Of a DNA stretch of 64,000 nucleotides, positions 63,233 through 64,000 are shown piece by piece (positions within the stretch are counted from its first letter, which is position 1; every line of letters starts with the position of its first letter). The stretch covers positions 192,001 through 256,000 of the forward strand of contig CAVVYZ010000002.1 of NCBI GenBank assembly GCA_963752595.1, given 5' to 3'. Under the pieces are notes generated by a model. It saw nothing but the letters and a program-made list of their open reading frames with translations. It did no database searches and was not told where the DNA came from. The DNA is from an uncultured delta proteobacterium (GTDB lineage: Bacteria; Desulfobacterota; Desulfomonilia; UBA1062). A program made the position numbers and the translations under genes.

Positions 63233-64000
63233 CTAAACCTCGATGGCGTCGCCTTCCATGAGTTCTTCCACGGTAATGGCCTCGGCCATGATATTGCCGA
63301 TGGTCTTCGAGAAAAACGACGGGTCTTCGACTTTGCCGCCTTCGGAGACGACCGCCAGGTCGAAGAGGAGCCGTGCATAGTCCTTCAGGAGGGGGTCCTT
63401 GCTGTTCTTCTCGTAGATGAATTTGATGTTCGCGAGGCAGGGTGGTCCATGTTGATTTCCAGGACCCTCTTTGCGGGCTCTGGCTTCTGGCCGGTGGCCT
63501 TGAGGATCTTTTCCATGTAGGCGCTCATGTCGTACGCATCGCCGGACAGGCAGGCCATGGAATTCTTCAGGTGCGTCGAGGGCTTTACATCCTTGACCTT
63601 GTCCTTCAAGCTCGTCCTTGATGAATTCGAAGAAGTCCTGTACTCGTCTTTCTTCTTGTCGTCGATTTTCTCGATGTTCGAGATCGCCCTTCTCGGCGCT
63701 CTTGAAGATTCTTTTTATCGAATTCGGCGCAAGATCCCGGACAACCCACTCGTCGATGGGGTCGGTCATGAGGAGCACCTCGATATCCTTTTCCTTGAGC
63801 CGTTCCAGGTGCGGGCTGTTCTTCAGGGTCGTGGTGTTTTCTCCCGTGATGTAGTAAATCTCTTCCTGGTCCGGCTTCATGCGGTCCGACATAATCGCTT
63901 GAGGGAAATCAGGTTGCCGTCGGATTTCGTGGTCTGATACCGGAGCAGCTTCGCGATCCTGTCGCGGTTTTCGTAGTCCGTCGGAGATGCCGATTTTGAG
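63233..64000 (-). CDS. htpG: Molecular chaperone HtpG (Hsp90), 3' part, frameshifted
   Basis: IYYITGEN, SPHLE, TDPIDEWV, KRVLEIN..HP. Confidence 0.88.
   Translation of the reverse strand, partial: LKIGISDGLRKPRQDREAAPVSDHEIRRQPDFPQAIMSDRMKPDQEEIYYITGENTTTLKNSPHLERLKEKDIEVLLMTDPIDEWVVRDLAPNSIKRIFKSAEKGDLEHRENRRQEERRVQDFFEFIKDELEGQGQGCKALDAPEEFHGLPVRRCVRHERLHGKDPQGHRPEARARKEGPGNQHGPPCLANIKFIYEKNSKDPLLKDYARLLFDLAVVSEGGKVEDPSFFSKTIGNIMAEAITVEELMEGDAIEV

Overview
64 kb of chromosome from a GC-rich anaerobic bacterium, probably Desulfobacterota/Syntrophales-like (inferred from gene content and order). Single-base indels interrupt many essential genes, which looks like long-read consensus error. 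1-27 kb is mostly housekeeping: ilvBNC-psd-pssA-leuCD, an Asd paralogue lacking its catalytic Cys, ecfT, pyk, rnhA, dinB and a GldAFG-type ABC cluster. 27.8-41 kb is a decaying integron: an internally deleted intI, a candidate attI and a cassette array whose attC sites erode with distance. The main finding is the first attC. It reconstitutes to an intact 59-bp site but carries three nested mobile elements. (1) An IS110-family (IS1111-type) element sits next to R'', with a 3' non-coding region holding two duplicated attC-matching guide-like modules (candidate bridge/seekRNA). (2) An ORF-less group IIC intron sits in R' on the TOP strand with a matching ACGU EBS1, the opposite strand and end from described IIC-attC introns. 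(3) An RT-encoding group II intron sits between domains V and VI of that intron (a twintron), with an EBS1 complementary to the junction. 41-64 kb is mixed accessory and housekeeping genes (three orphan ABC substrate-binding paralogues, nucleotide-sugar dehydrogenase, bfr, xth, a diguanylate cyclase, htpG).
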